Positions 1 to 13,771 of a stretch of 64,000 nucleotides of DNA are shown in pieces (position 1 is the first letter of the stretch; each line of letters begins with the position of its first letter). The DNA comes from Chiloscyllium plagiosum (Eukaryota). The notes under the pieces are model-generated. The model did no database searches. It saw only the letters and a list, made by a program, of their open reading frames with translations, and had not been told where the DNA came from. The translations under genes were made by a program, and so were the position numbers. Where the stretch lies: positions 31,525,468 to 31,589,467 of the forward strand of contig NC_057719.1 in assembly GCF_004010195.1 (NCBI RefSeq), in the 5' to 3' direction.

Positions 1-345
1 CTACTCCCCTTACAATTGAATCCCCTATGACTCTAGCCCTTCCACTCTTATTCCCGTCCTTTTGAACAGCAGAGCCTGCCACGGTGCCATGAACCTGGCT
101 ATTGTTGCCTTCCCGTGGTGAGCCATCTCCCTTCACCGTATCCAAAATGCTAAACCTGTTTTGGAGGGAGATAACCACAGGGCACATCTGCACTGCCTTC
201 CTGCTCTGTCTCTGCCTTTTGGTCACCCATTCCCTTTCTCCCTCAGCAATCCTCATCTGTGGTATGGCCATTTCACTAAACGTGCTATCTATAACCCATC
301 AACATCGTGGATCCATCATTCGGTCTATGAAGACCTCACAGATAA
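1..345 (-). mobile_element. CR1-clade LINE ORF1 fragment (SGNH/GDSL esterase)
   Basis: The reverse strand of 1-47 translates as ...VIGDSIVRGV, the esterase block of CR1 ORF1. Confidence 0.7.
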
Positions 346-349
346 CACT

Positions 350-1229
350 TCAGATACCATCGCCATTACATTCCTGAATATGTTCTGTCCCACCAGCAGG
401 ACAACCCAGCAGAGGTAGCGGCACGGTGGGATACAGTTGGGAGGGAGTTGCCCTGGGAGTCCTTGACATTGACTCCGGCCCCCTTGGAAGTTTCATGGCT
501 TCAGGTTAATCATGGGCAAGGAAACCTCTTACTGGTTACCATGTACCGTCCTCCATCAGCTGATGCATCAGTACTCCACCATGTTGAACAACACTCGGAG
601 GAAGCATTGAGGGTGGAAAAGGTGCAAAATGTACTCTCGATGGACGTTTCAATCACCACCACCAAGAGTGGCTCAGCAACAGCACTACTGATCGAGCTGG
701 TCAGGTTGCAAAGGGTATAACTGCTAGAGTTGGTCTGCAGTGGTGGTGAGGGAAGCAACAAGAGGAAAAAACATATTTGACCTCATCCTTAATAATCTGC
801 CAGCTGTAGAACATCTGTCCATAATGGTATCGGTAAAAAATGAGCACCGCACAGTCCTTGTGAAGACAAATTCCCACCTTCACATTGAGAATACCCTCCA
901 TCATGTTTTATGGCTCTATCACCGTGCTAAATGGGACAGACTTGGAAACAATCTAGCAACTCAAGACTGGGCATCCATGAGGCGCTGTGGGCCATCAACA
1001 GTAGCAGAATTGTCCTCCAGCACAGTCTGTAACCTCATGGCCTGACATATCCCCCACTCAACAATTAGCATCAAGCCAGGGGATCAACCCTGGTTCAATG
1101 GAGACTTAGGAGTGCATGCCAGGAGCAGCACCAGGCATAGCTAAAAATGAGGTGTCAACCTGGTGAAGCCACTAAACAGAACTACTTGCATGCAAGATGG
1201 TATAAACAGCAAATGATAGACAGAGCTAA
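350..1229 (+). mobile_element. Degraded LINE ORF2 AP-endonuclease fragment (CR1/L2 group)
   Basis: YRPPS, TRGKNIFDLIL and xHRTV motifs across broken frames. Confidence 0.8.
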
Positions 1230-1727
1230 GTGATTGTAGGTTCACGAGGTCAATTCCTGGAATGGCGGGATTACCTTACATTTGAAAGACTGGAGCGACT
1301 GGGCTTGTGTACCCTTGAGTTTAGTAGACTGAGAGGGGATCTGATTGAGATGTGTAAGATTATGAAAGGATTGGACACTCTGGCAGTAGGAAACATATTT
1401 CCACTGATGGGTGAGTGCCGATCCAGAGGACACAGCTTAAAAATACGGGGTAGACCATTTAGGACAGAGGTGAGGAGAAACTTCTTCACCCAGAGAGTGG
1501 TGGCTGTGTGGAATGCTCTGCCCCAGAGGGCAGTGGAGGCCCAGTCTCTGGATTCATTTAAGAAAGAGTTGGATAGAGCTCTCAAAGATAGTGGAATCAA
1601 GGGTTATGGAGATAAGGCAGGAAGAGGATACTGATTAGGAATGATCAGCCATGATCATATTGAATGGTAGTGCAGGCTCGAAGGGCAGAATGGCCTACTC
1701 CTGCACCTATTGTATATTGTCTATTGT
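1230..1727 (+). mobile_element. CR1 3' end
   Basis: RLRGDLIE...RGHSLK...RNFFTQRVV...W C-terminus; tail of TATTGT-containing repeats. Confidence 0.9.
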
Positions 1728-4215
1728 TCAGGGGTCACTCCTGGAAGGTCCAAATTCTTTTAAAAAGACTCCATCCTCACCCGCCCACACTCTCAGCTTT
1801 CAGATTGGTATAATTCAGAGTAAAATTTCCGGAATTCTGCATTAATCCTTTTGGAATCGTAGGCTACATTTCCAGTGTCCTATCTGATCGAGGTAATGAC
1901 CTTGGGGACACTCTTTTTCCTTGCAAGATATGCTAGGTACTTGCCTGGTTTATCCCCATGCTCAAACAGCCTTTGACTTGCAAATGTAAGCTCCTTCTTG
2001 GCTGTCTGCTTGAGCATGGAGTTCAGCATAGACTGAAGCACCGTGATCCTCTGCAGTTTAACCGGTGAGGGCCTGTCAAAATATGCCTTTTCAGCTACTT
2101 GCAGGCGTGCCTCAAGCAAATGTTGCTGCTCACCCATCTGTCACTTCTTACTGGCTGCATAGGAAATAACCAACCCCCTAGCACAGGCTTTAGCTGTTTC
2201 CCAAATGATGGATGGGCTACTGGTCGAGCTTGAATTAATATCTAAAAAAGCCCTGAACTCAAGAAAAGAATTCAATAAACTTTCTATCCTTGAGGACAAA
2301 GGGATCCAGTCGCACTGTATCCTTACTCTTAACCATTAAATACACTGGGGCGTGATTGGAAATAATGATATTGCCAATTGTACATGACACCTCTGAGCCA
2401 GATGTGCTGTGGGATCAGAAAAAGATTAATCCTGGTATGGCATTTACGTGGGTTCAAACATAACATGAAGTCTTTGCCAGTCGGGTGAAGTTGCCTCCAA
2501 GCATCTACCAGACCAAATTCAGCACATAAATCCCTTAATTGTTGAGATCACAAAGAAGATATTGGCGGGCCTTTGGGCAGTCTGTCTACTTAGGAATCTG
2601 AGACAATTGAAATCCCCTCCTATGATGATATGTTAAGATGCAAGGTTAACCAGTCTAGAAAGTGTGTCTGTCAGGAAAATAAGGGGGTGGGCCGAGGGAC
2701 AGTAAACATTTAAGATCCCGTATTCTTTCCCATCTATCAAAGCTTTAAGGATTACAAATCTCCCTTGTGTGTCTTTAATGCACTCTAATAACTTAAATAG
2801 GAGATTCTTTTTAACTAAAATGGCCACCCCTTTGCTTCTCGTACTGAAAGATGAAAAATAAACCCGGTCATACCCATTCTATTGCAACTTCAAATGCTGT
2901 GCATCATCCAAGTGTGTTTCTTGTAATAAGGCAATATCCTCCCTCTCCCTTTAAAGTACTTTCTTCCTCTTTACAAGTGAATGACTTCCCTTAATATTTC
3001 AGGTGCACCACTTAAACATATCCTTAGCCATAACCTTCTATAGCACCATCTAGACTCCAGAGAGGAAGAACCTGAACTACATACCTCTGAACTTTAGTGC
3101 AAAAGAATTCACAAAACCCAAAAACTACACAGACTAAAATAACTACAGTCAACAAATCTGCAAACTTACAAAAACTATGTACAGCAAAAACAGAAAAACA
3201 AAAAATTCCCAAAGGCACTGATTGGAGGAATTTACCCCCTGTTCAAAGGGGTACCTACATATCCTACGACCTTACTAACGATCCCAACCGCCCTCAACTC
3301 CTACCAGGTAGGATCGCGCCACATACACCGACCACCCAGTAGAGCAAAGACAAACATCCAAAAGCAAGGTTAGTACTATAAACAAGTAAACTAAAAATAA
3401 ATATGGTACCCATCCCTTAACATAGAGATTAAAGATAAATACTCTATCCATCCCATCATTTCATGAAACTTATTACCAGAAAGGGAACTTCACCAAGTCC
3501 TTTTTGATGAAGAGCAAACCTGAATAGCTCTGTCCTCTATGTCTATTCGGCCGTTTGATTTAAATCAATGTATCCACAAAGTTCTTTGCTTTCTCTGGCG
3601 AGTTGAACAAGTGTATGGATCCATTATGATTGATCCAAAACATCGCTGGATATCTTAAAAAATACTGGATCCCAAGCTTTCTCAATCTCCTCTTGACGCT
3701 ATCGTAGGACTTATCTTTCCGGACCACTGCCGCCTAGAAGTCTTGAAAAACTGTGAACCTGCAGCAGCCACATAACAACACCCTTGAATCCCTCCACTGG
3801 ACTCTGGAGGCTTCCATGACCCTCTGCTAGTCTTTATAATGATGAAACCTCACCAGGACAGGGCATGGGTGCTGATCTGTGATCCGGTGGACTCTTTCAA
3901 TTGTATCCTTCTGTTCTCAACCTCTACACCAAGAAACTCCAGGAACCACTTCTTGAACTCCACCAGCTGCTCACCTTCTGTCCCCTCTGGTATGCCAACA
4001 ACACACAGCTTCTTTCTTTTGCCCCTGTTTTCAAGATCGTCTACCAGAACCAACAGACCATGGACCTGTGTTTCCAGGGCTTCAATCTGGCTCTTGGAGG
4101 AGTCAAACTCTGCCTCTAGCCCTGCAGCCCAGTACTCAAGCTCATTGATCCTTTTTCCCAGGTCTCGCAGCATAGCAGATACAGGAGCCAGCTTCTTCTC
4201 ACTTTTTTCCTAGAT
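1728..4215 (-). mobile_element. L1/Tx1-clade LINE, 5' half (ORF1, spacer, ORF2 endonuclease), degraded
   Basis: ORF1 coiled coil plus LENRxKRKKLCVVGIPEG (3850-4173); ORF2 LLQETHL, GVAILVKK, GRFVIL, NVYCP and FEHGDKPGKYLA. Confidence 0.88.
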
Positions 4216-4399
4216 CTGCCTCCCCAGGGCCATGCGAGATTGCTATTAAGTTTAATAAAATATATAAAAACATAAATATCTATTTAGAACACATTTAGAA
4301 CACAGATGGCTGATGAGTCACAGCTATAACATGTAGGAGATCCTAGATGTTAGTTTGGTCCCAGGCAAACATGTGCAGTAATGGTTTGAAGTTTGAGTA

Positions 4400-5580
4400 G
4401 CTTCAGCTCTGAGTTTGAGCTGCAGGCTGAACTACAGACTCTGCAAAGGATTAGGGCAGGGGAAGGTTAGGAGGTGTTCACACTATGGGGTCCTCTGATT
4501 TGGTTAGTATTTCAGAGACAGAAGAGTGTGACTCTGAGATAGGTAAGTGGACCAAGAATGCAGGCACCTGTAGCTGTGCAGATGTTCAGCAGGCTAGAGG
4601 TTCTTTTAAAAATGACTGGATAAAATTGCAGGCTGCAGGTGATGAGCGTAATATAGGAATGTAGTAGTAGAACACAATATGGTCAGAGAAATTGACACTG
4701 TTCTCTGATGCACGGCTATGTTTCTTGCCTGATGCTAGTTTTTGGGACATCTGCTCAGGTTTGCAGGTAAATTTGCAGGGGGGTTGCAGGGAAAGGACCA
4801 ATCGTCTTGGGCAATTCAATACCAATGCCATAGGCAGTGCATGGAGGGTATGCATAGCCAGTATGAAGATCAAGGTGTGAAATAAAGACTTACAACTTCA
4901 AAGGTTATGGATTGTTGAACTTGGTGAAAATTGGCACACAAAAAATGAAATTAGAGAGAGAGAAGTATATGGCTCAAAGACTGACTTTTTAAAAAATGGT
5001 TTCAGTTGTTAGGCACTGAAAATGTACAACAGGATAGTTGCCACATGAACCATGCAAGTGTTCTTGCAAGCTGCACAGCTAGGAAAGTTGAGAGTATTTA
5101 AAACTAAACAGTAGAGATCAAACTAAGGAAGGTGATGGTAAATTAGAGAATAGAGTCAAAACAAAAAAAAAATTAATTTGGGAAATTATTAATAAACCAT
5201 GACAGGAATGGATAGGACATACTAAGAGTAAACTTAGTAGGACATATTAAGAGTAAACTAACAGAAAGCTGTAAAAAGAATAAAGGAATAAAACTGGGAG
5301 TTTGTATCTGAATGCAGGTAACATTCAAAACAAATGATGAAATGAGAGTGCTAGTAGAAATAAATCTGTACATTCTGGTAGCCATTGCAAAGTGACATGA
5401 ATTAGAAGCTGAATTTTGAATGGTATTTCAGAAGGGCAGGAAGGTAGGAGAAGTAGAGTGGAGTGCCTCTATTAGTGAATCATGATATTAGCATAATAGA
5501 AAGGGATGACCTAAGTTCAGGAAACCAAGATATAAAAAACAGTTTGGGTGAGGATGAGAAATGAAGGCAAGAAGTCACTT
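4400..5580 (+). mobile_element. Old CR1-like remnant (ORF1/ORF2 junction)
   Basis: YLNAxxIxNK-like endonuclease start near 5305; resembles 23810 and 55765. Confidence 0.55.
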
Positions 5581-5585
5581 ACGAG

Positions 5586-6935
5586 ACATAAAAACACAGA
5601 AAATAGGAGCAGGAGTAGTCCATTTGATCCTTTGAGCCTGCTCCACCATTCAATATGATCATGGCCAATCATCCAACTCAATGTCCTGTTCCCACTTTCT
5701 CCCTCCACCCTTCGATCCCTTTAGCCCCAAGAAACTTGTTGAAATCATTCAATGTTTTGGTCTTAATAATTTTCTTTCGCAGAGAATTCCAAAGGCTCGC
5801 CACTCTCTTGGACATCTCTCTTCATGTCAGTCGTAACTGGCCTGCCACACTTCCTTAGGCTGTGACCCCTAGTTGTGGATTCCATGGTCATTGGCAGCAT
5901 GTTTCTTGTGTTTACCCTGTCCAGTCCTGCTAGAATTTTCTAGGTTTCTCCGAGATTCCCTCATTCTTCTTAACTCCAGTGACTATAGTCCTACTGCTCC
6001 AGTCTGTCTTCATACGTCAGTGAGGTTAACCTTCGTTGCACTCTCTCAATAACCAGAACATATTTTCTTCAAATACAGAGACCAAAACTGAACACAGTAT
6101 TCCGGATATGTTCTCTCCAAGGCTTGGACAGTTGAAGCAAGACATCTGTGTTCATATACTTTAATCCTCTCTTTGAAGGCTAAGTTTCCATTTGCTTTCT
6201 CCACTGCCTACAGCACCTGCATGCTTACTTTCATTGACCGGTGTTAAAGAGCACCCAGGCCTCAATGTACCTCTCTCTTTCCCAATCTACTGCAATTCAA
6301 ATAATAATCTACCTTCCTTTTTTTTTGTTGCCAATATGGATAATGTTGCTGTTTTGTCTTTGTTTCCTTCATGCTCTTACTTGTATCTTTCACTTTAGGG
6401 GAGGTGATGAACTTTTGGTATTGTCACTAGACTATTAATCCAGAAATGCAGGAAATGATTTGGGGACTTGGGTTCAAAACCTTCCATGATTGATAGTGGA
6501 ATGTGAATTCAATTTAAAAAAAATCTGGAATTAAGAATCTAATGGTGACCATGATGCCATTGTCACTTGTAAGGAAAAAAATTCATCTGGTTCACTAATG
6601 TCCTTTTAGGGAAGGAAATCTGCCATCCTTAACTGGTCTAGCTCACATATGACTCCAGGTGCATAACAATATGGCTGACTTTTAACAAAAACGGATGGAA
6701 ATAAATACTGGCCTAGCCAGCGATGCTCACATCATTTGAATGAATTTTAAGGAGGTTATACTTTACCTGCCACTCCCTCAACTTGTCCAAAACATTCTGA
6801 AGCATCTTTCCATTCTCTTCACAGTTCACCCTCCTGCCCAGTTTGTGTTATCTGCAAACTTGGAGATATCACACAAAGTTCCATCATTTAAATAATTAAT
6901 TTATATTGTGAGCAGTCATGGTCCAAACGTTAATT
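5586..6935 (-). mobile_element. Old CR1-like LINE 3' region, interrupted by a SINE
   Basis: 3' UTR like the reverse of 1640-1710; degraded RT motif (KFADN on -) near 6850. Confidence 0.65.
6398..6748 (+). mobile_element. tRNA-derived SINE-like element
   Basis: B-box-like GGGTTCAAAAC, central body, and a ...TGAATGAAT tail shared with the neighbouring LINE. Confidence 0.6.
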
Positions 6936-7146
6936 TTCTTTTTGAAATTCACTCGTAGGATGTGGGCCTCGCTGTCCAGCTATCATTTATTGCTCATCCC
7001 TAGTTGCTGTTCAGAAGTTGTTGACGAGCTGCCTTCTTGGACACTGTGGTCCAAGTCCTGCAAGTAGAGCCTAAAGTTGTTAGGGAGAGAATTCTGGAGT
7101 TTCCACACAGTGACATGAAAGTAATGCTGTCATATTTCTAAGTCAG

Positions 7147-7287
7147 AAGAGTCTCAGTTCCTGATGAAGAGCTCATCACGATTCCTGATGAAGGGCTCAC
7201 GCTCGAAACGTCAACTCTCCTCCTCGGATGCTGCCTGACCAGCTGTGCTTTTCCAGCACCACACTCTCGACTCTGATCTCCAGCATC
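7147..7287 (+). mobile_element. Short Penelope-derived repeat with a hammerhead motif
   Basis: TSD atattt(ct/cc)aagtcag at 7132-7146 and 7288-7302; contains CTGATGA-A-GGGC-tcac-GCTC-GAAA-CGTC. Confidence 0.75.
7181..7217 (+). ncRNA. Minimal hammerhead ribozyme motif (Penelope type)
   Basis: Core CUGAUGA and GAAA, stem II GGGC/GCUC, palindromic ACGU stem III, GUC triplet; stem I is weak. Confidence 0.55.
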
Positions 7288-7539
7288 TGCAACCCTCACT
7301 TTCTCCTATATTTCCAAGTCAGGATGGTGAGTGGCTTGGAGGAGAATTTGTAGGTGGTGCTGTTCCCATTTTTCTTCTGCCCTTATCCTTCGACATGGTT
7401 GTGGTTTTGAAAGGTACAGTCTAATGATCTTTGGTGAATTTTTGCAGTGCACCTTATAGATAGTTCATGGTTGGAGGGAATGGTTGTTTGTTGATGTGCC
7501 AATCAAGTAGGTTGCTTTGTCTTTAATAGTATCAAGCAA

Positions 7540-8760
7540 TGTTGGACCGCAGCTGTTTACAATAATATATATTAAATACGCACTTGTTAATAACTTGGTG
7601 AAAAGAAATAAATGTACTGAGGCCAAATTTGCAGATGGTGTAAAAATAAGTGGAAAGGCACGTAACTAGATTATTTGGAGTATAATGGGGGGGCGGAGAA
7701 TGTAAAGTTCATTTTGGAAGGGAGAACAAATTATTGAAATACAGAAAAATTGCAGAAATCTGCATCACAAAAGAGACTGTGTATTTGTACACTAAATACA
7801 GAAAGTTAGCACATAGATGCAGCAGGTAATCAGTTAGGCTAATGTTAATATGTGGGTACAGCAAGTTAATAAGAAAGCTAATAGAATGTTATTATTTTTA
7901 GTGAGTTTTTGATCGGCATGTAGAATAGAAATGACAGATTGGCAAAAGTAGCATAGATAAGGAACTTTAAAAAGTTTTTGGGATAGTTTCTTTGCACACT
8001 AGATTCTGGTGCTGACCCAAGAGTAGACCTTATATAGTGCAAAGAGATAGCATTAATGAATGATTTCATAGGGAAGGCACACTTAAGTAGTAGTGAATGT
8101 ACTATGATTGGATTTTATAACCTGTTTGAGGGAAGGGAAAGTTGGTCTGAGACTTTTTTTTAAAATTTTAAATAAGGGCCATAAAGAGGGGATGAGTGCT
8201 GAACTGGATAATGTGAATAGGTTCATAGTAAGGAAAATTAAGTAAAAAGTTATATTTCAGTTATGAAGGACATGAGTGAGACGTAGAGACCTGTGAACAG
8301 TATTGGCCATCCTTATTTAAGGAAGGATGTGAATGAGTTTGAAGCAGTTCAGAGAAAGTTGACTAGATTTATATCTCGACTAGGCAGGCTGTTTAGCAAG
8401 GAAACATAGAAACTGTGGTTGGATAAGCTGGGCTTGTATTAGCTGAATTTAGAAGAAAAGGATATTTCATTGAAGCCTTAGATCTTGAGCTGTTTCCTTT
8501 CCTTTTAAAATAAGAGGTCACCAATTTAAAACCAAAATGTTGCAAAATACTTTTTTCTGTCAGTCGTGAGTCTTTGGAACGCTTTCTGAAAAGGTGATGG
8601 AAACAGAGTCCTTGAATGTTTTTAAGGCCAACCATAGATATATTCTTATGGGTAGACTGAAATATGGGAATTTGAAGTGACAATCAGAGTAATTCATGAT
8701 CTTATTAAATGGCAGAGCTAACTCAATGGATAATTGATCCTCTCTTGTTCCTTGATAATA
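7540..8760 (+). mobile_element. Old CR1-like RT/3' remnants
   Basis: AKFADG near 7622; LEAVQRKLTRF near 8340; degraded 3' UTR. Confidence 0.6.
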
Positions 8761-9476
8761 TGCCCCAATATAAGAGCATACAGTATTTCGTTGGAACTTT
8801 GCAAGTGTCAGTGCAGACTTGATGGAACAAATTGCTGACTCCTGCGCTATATTTTCCATGATTCTTTTCTATATTGTTTTAATATTGGGTACTGGAGCCT
8901 TTAAATAAGATGTGTATAATATTCATTTACAATGGTCTTATTATTTGGGACCACATTGAAGTGAAGTACTATTGACAGCATTAATTAACATGCATTGTAA
9001 AGTTTAATGGCAGTCCAAACTGTTGGCAGAGGAGGGGAAGCTGACTTGTTTTGATCTGCTATTAAACCATTGGCAAAATTGAGGAATTCAACACTAATGT
9101 TATTTCTGAGAAATGATTTTGTTCATAGGTTATTTATTTTTGGAGCCAAGTATTTGCATTTAAAATCCATTGTGAAGTCTCTCTTTATATTTGTCCGCGA
9201 TATCATTATTCACAATCTAACTGGATCCAGACTGACTGACAATTCTGATGTGAAATGGGTAAAATCAGCTTCTAATCAAATTAAGATAAGGTTTACTTGG
9301 GAGAAACTGATGTTCCACTATGCGTTTTGGTAATTTGTGTCCTTGCTTTGATATTCATAATATTTGAATTTTCCAAATTATACAGCTAGTTAATTTTATA
9401 AGTTGGTGCTTGAACGAAAGCCATTAACACCTTTATTATGTTAAAATCTAATGATCTCTTTGTAATTTTTCTCCAG

Positions 9477-9580
9477 ACAGTGACATGCAAGAAATTTATC
9501 TGAAGTCTGTCCGTAGCCCAAATATCTACAATAAGAAAAAAATGGTCTTTAGTAAAAATGAAATGACCATATTTTCACAG
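9477..9580 (+). CDS. FANCM: FANCM internal coding exon, (D)SDMQEIYLKSVRSPNIYNKKKMVFSKNEMTIFSQ
   Basis: ttttctccAG acceptor and CAG|GTAAGA donor. Translation resembles recalled human DSEMRAIYMKSLRSP...NIFSQ. The phase 0 end fits the next exon. Confidence 0.9.
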
Positions 9581-9810
9581 GTAAGATCTATCTGTTTAGA
9601 TTTTGTTAAATCATATCTTGTTTTTCTATCTGGTTTGAAATTTTACTTTATGTAAATTTACAGGGACTTCATGGACATTATGCTAATTAAAAGTCCTACA
9701 AAATGTCTTTCTGATTTCATTAACCCAAGGCCATTAGGTTATTCACACTAATGGTCATGTGAGTGTGTGTCCCTATGTGTCAGTAAATATGCAATATTTA
9801 CAAGCTGTGT

Positions 9811-12800
9811 CAAAGAACAAAAAACTTTACATCCCAGGAACAGGCCCTTTTGCCCTCCAAGCCTGAGCCAATCCAAATCCACTGTCTAAACTTATCATTC
9901 AATTCCTAAGCATCTGTATCCCTCTGCATCTGTCCAGATGCACCTTATATGAATCTACCGTGCCTGCCTCTACCCCCCTCTGCTGGCAACGCATTCCAGG
10001 TACCTACCACCCTTTGTGTAAAGTACTTGCTGCGTGTATCCCCCTTAAACGTTTTACCTCTCACCTTGGATGCGTGACCTCTCATTATTGAATCCCTCAC
10101 CCTGGGAAAAAGCTTATCTCTATCCACCTGGTCTATACCCTTCATGAGTGTGTAGACCTCAGTCAGGACCTCCCCTCATTTTCTTGTTTTCTATGAAAAC
10201 AATCCTAACCTACTCAACCTCTCTTCATAGTTAGCACCTTCCAAACCAGGCAACATCCTCGTAAACCTTCTCTGCGCACTCTCCAAAGTATCCATATTCT
10301 TTTGGTAGTGTGGCAACCAGAACTGTACACAGTATTCTAAATGCGGTCAAACCATAGTCTTGTACAATTTTAACTTGACATGCCAGCTCTTATACTCAAT
10401 ACCCCTGTCTGATGAGGCAAGCATACCATATGCCTTCGTGACCACACTGCCCACCTGTACAGCCACCTTCGGGGTACAATGGACCTGAACTCCTAGATCT
10501 CTCTGCTCATCAACTTTTTCGCTTCCAGTATAGTTCACTCTAGACTTCCCAAAATGCATCACCTCACATTTGCCTGTATTGAACTCCATCTGCCACTTCT
10601 CTGCCCAAACTTTTGCCCAACTCTCCAGTCTATCTATAGCCTCCTGTATTCTTTGACAGTCCCCTATGCTTTCTGCTACTCCACCAATCTTTGTGTCATC
10701 TGCAAACGTACTGATCAGACCAACAATGCCCTCTTCCAGATCATTTATGTATATGACAAACAACAGTAGCACCAACACTGACCACTGTGGAACACCACGA
10801 GTCACCTTTCTCCATTTCGAGAAACTCCCGTCAACTACTACTCTTGTCTCCTGTTGCTCAACCAGTTCTTTATCCACCTAGCTAGAACACCCTGCACACC
10901 ATGTGACTTCACTTTATTAGTTTACTATAGGGAACCTTATCAAACGCCTTACTAAAGTACATGTATATGACATCTACAGCCCTTTCTTCATCTATCAACT
11001 TGGTCACTTCCTCAAAGAAGTCTATTAAGTTGGTAAAGCACGATCTCCCCCCGCACAAAACCATGTTGCGTTTCACTGATAAGTCCATTCTTTTCCAAAT
11101 ATAAATAGATTTTATTCCTCAGTACCTTCTCCAGCAACTTTCCCACCACTGATGTCAGGCTCACTGGTCTGTAGTTACCTGGAATATCCCTACTACCCTC
11201 CTTGTATAGGGGGACAACATGAGCAACCTTCCAGTCCTCCGGCACTTCATCTGTGTTTAAGGATGCTACAAAGATATCTGTCAGGGCTCCAGCTATTTAC
11301 TCTCTCACCTCCCTCAGCAACCTGGGATAGATCCCGTCCGGTCCTGAGGATTTGTCCACCTTAATATCCTTTAGCTTACCCAACACATCTTCCCTCCTCA
11401 TGTTAACGTGATCCAGAGTAAACAAATTTCTATCTCTAATCTCAACATTCATCATGTCCCTCTCATCAGTGAACACTGATGCAAAGTAATCATTGAGAAT
11501 CTCATTCATTTTCTCAGGTTCACACACAACCTTCCTTCCTTATCCTTTAGTGGAGCAACCCTTTCTCTATTTACCCTCTTGCTTCTCATATATGAATAAA
11601 AAAACCTTGGAATTCTCTTTAATTCTGCTCGCTAAAGTTATTTCATGACCCCTTTTAACCCACTTGATTCCTCATTTAAAATTGGTCCTACTCTCCCGAT
11701 ATTCCTCCAAAGCCCATTCAGTTCTTAGCTATCTGGTCCTTATATACACTTCTGTTTTCCTCTTGGCTAGTTGCACGATTTCTCCTGTCATCCACTGTTC
11801 ACGAATCTTGCCTTTCCTATCCCTTGTTTTCAAAGGGACATGCCTATCCTACACTATCGTTAATCTTTCTTGGAAAGCCTCCCACATATCAAATGTGGAC
11901 TTCTCTTCAAATAGCTGCTCCCAATCCACATTTCCCAACACCTGCCGAATTTTGATATAATTGGCCTTGGCCCAGTTTAGTACTCTTGCCTTAGGATCAC
12001 TCTAATCTTTATCTACGAGTATTCTAAAACGTGTAGAATTATGGTCCCTATTATCCAAGAAATCTCCCAGTGCAACTTCTACCACCTGGCCTGGCTCATT
12101 CCCCAACACCAGGTCCAATATGGCCCCTTCCTTCGTCAGACTATTGACATACTGTTCTAGAAACCTTTCCTGGATGCTCCTTACAAATTCTGTCCCATCC
12201 AGACCTCTGACACTAAGTGTATCCCAGTCAACGTTGGTAAAATTAATATCTCCCATCACCACCACCCTGTTGACTCTACATCTTTCCTCAATATGTTTAC
12301 CTATTTGTTCTTCTACCTCATGCTCACTGTTGGCCGGCCTGTAATACAGCCACAACAATGTAACTGTACCCTTCTTATTTCTCCGTTCTACCCAAAATGC
12401 CTCACTGCTCAAGCCCTCAACAGTGGCCCCCTGAGCACAGCCATGATATCATCCCTGACCAGCAATGCAACTCCTCCCCCCACTTTTACTTCCCTCCCTG
12501 TCCTGTCTGAAGAATCTATATCCTGTAACATTTAGTTGCCAATCATGCCCTTCCTTCAACCAAGTCTCTGTGATTGCAATAATGCCATGCTCCCAGGCAC
12601 CAATCCAAGCCCTAAGTTCATCTGCCTTACCCATCTGCACTTCAGGCCGGCAGTTCTTTTGCGTTTATCTGTTCTCTGCCTGCTCTTCCCCTTGGTAATG
12701 CTAACTTCATGATCCATACAGTCTCTAGTTCCCACCTCACTGTCTACTAGTCTTCTCTTCCAGTTCCCAGCCCACTGCCACATTATTTCAAAACCTCCCA

Positions 12801-13290
12801 ACGGCAGTAGCAAAAACTCCCCCAAGGACATTAGTTCCAGTCTGGTTCAGGCGTAGACCATCCAATTTGTAATAGTCCCACTTTCTCCAGAAACTGGTCC
12901 CAATATCCCACAAATCTGCACCCCTCCCTCCTACACCATCCTTCAAGCCAAATGTTCATCCTGCCTATTCTTTCATTTCTACCCTAATCCTGAGATCACT
13001 ACCTTTTGAGGTCTTCCTCTTTAACTTCTCTCCTAGCTCCCTGAATTCTGCTTTCAGGACCTCATATCGTTTTTTTCTTATATCACTGGTGCCTATATGC
13101 ACCATGACAACCGGCTGTTCACCCTCCCCTTTTAGAATGGGGTGGTGGTGGTGGGTGATACTACACGTGTAGTATCTTGGGTTGAGCCGCTGCCCAAATA
13201 TATGCTAAGTTCTTACCTTCCCGGCAACCTCATGGTTTCCAATGTCACCTCTGTTCTGTCTCCCGCTGCTCCCGAACAGGAAAAAAGCTG
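9811..13290 (-). mobile_element. Long CR1 LINE with near-complete, disrupted ORF2 and internally deleted ORF1
   Basis: IAITETW, YYRP, VMGD, NYRPVSLTSVVGK, QHGF, GVPQ, FADDTKI and C-terminal motifs in order on -. Confidence 0.93.
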
Positions 13291-13771
13291 AGAGTCAAGC
13301 TATGCTTTTCTTAATCCTTTAGTGTAGGAAAATGAATATTCATAACCTTCTTATGATTTTGAGAGCTCAATATTGTACGAAGAAAATTACACCCTATCAA
13401 ATTGGTGTTACCATACCCTAACTTGGATTGAGATTTTTTAAATAGACAAGCTATATTTGAGAAAATCACTGGGAAGCCGAGTACAAGAGGTGATTCTGAT
13501 AGCTTTGGTGGAATACTGTTAGAACGAGAGCTGGAAATTGGAGCTGAATAATGGGGCAGATGCAATCCTTCTTTGATGCTCTTTAACACGTTTTCTCCCA
13601 CAGACAGATAATTGGGAGATTTAAGAGCCACTAAGATGGGCAAATAAGTGTCACACTCTGAGGCAGCATTTGGGACAACTGGGATATTGTCTTGTTCAAC
13701 TGCTTGACTTACAAGTAGAATTCTGTGCAAACTGGACCCAAGTAGTATATTCCCTTCTGGTAGTATATTCA

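Larger units (their letters stand above)
6945..7540 (-). mobile_element. LINE 3' end fragment
   Basis: Tail is the reverse complement of the SINE tail at about 6690-6745; interrupted by the 7147-7287 insert. Confidence 0.55.

Noticed and set aside
3024..3342. K/T/Q-rich and hydrophobic ORFs
   Set aside because: Low-complexity spacer between ORF1 and ORF2 of the L1-like element.
9474..9480. Tandem acceptor CAGACAG
   Set aside because: The second AG is 4 nt downstream and would break the FANCM frame.
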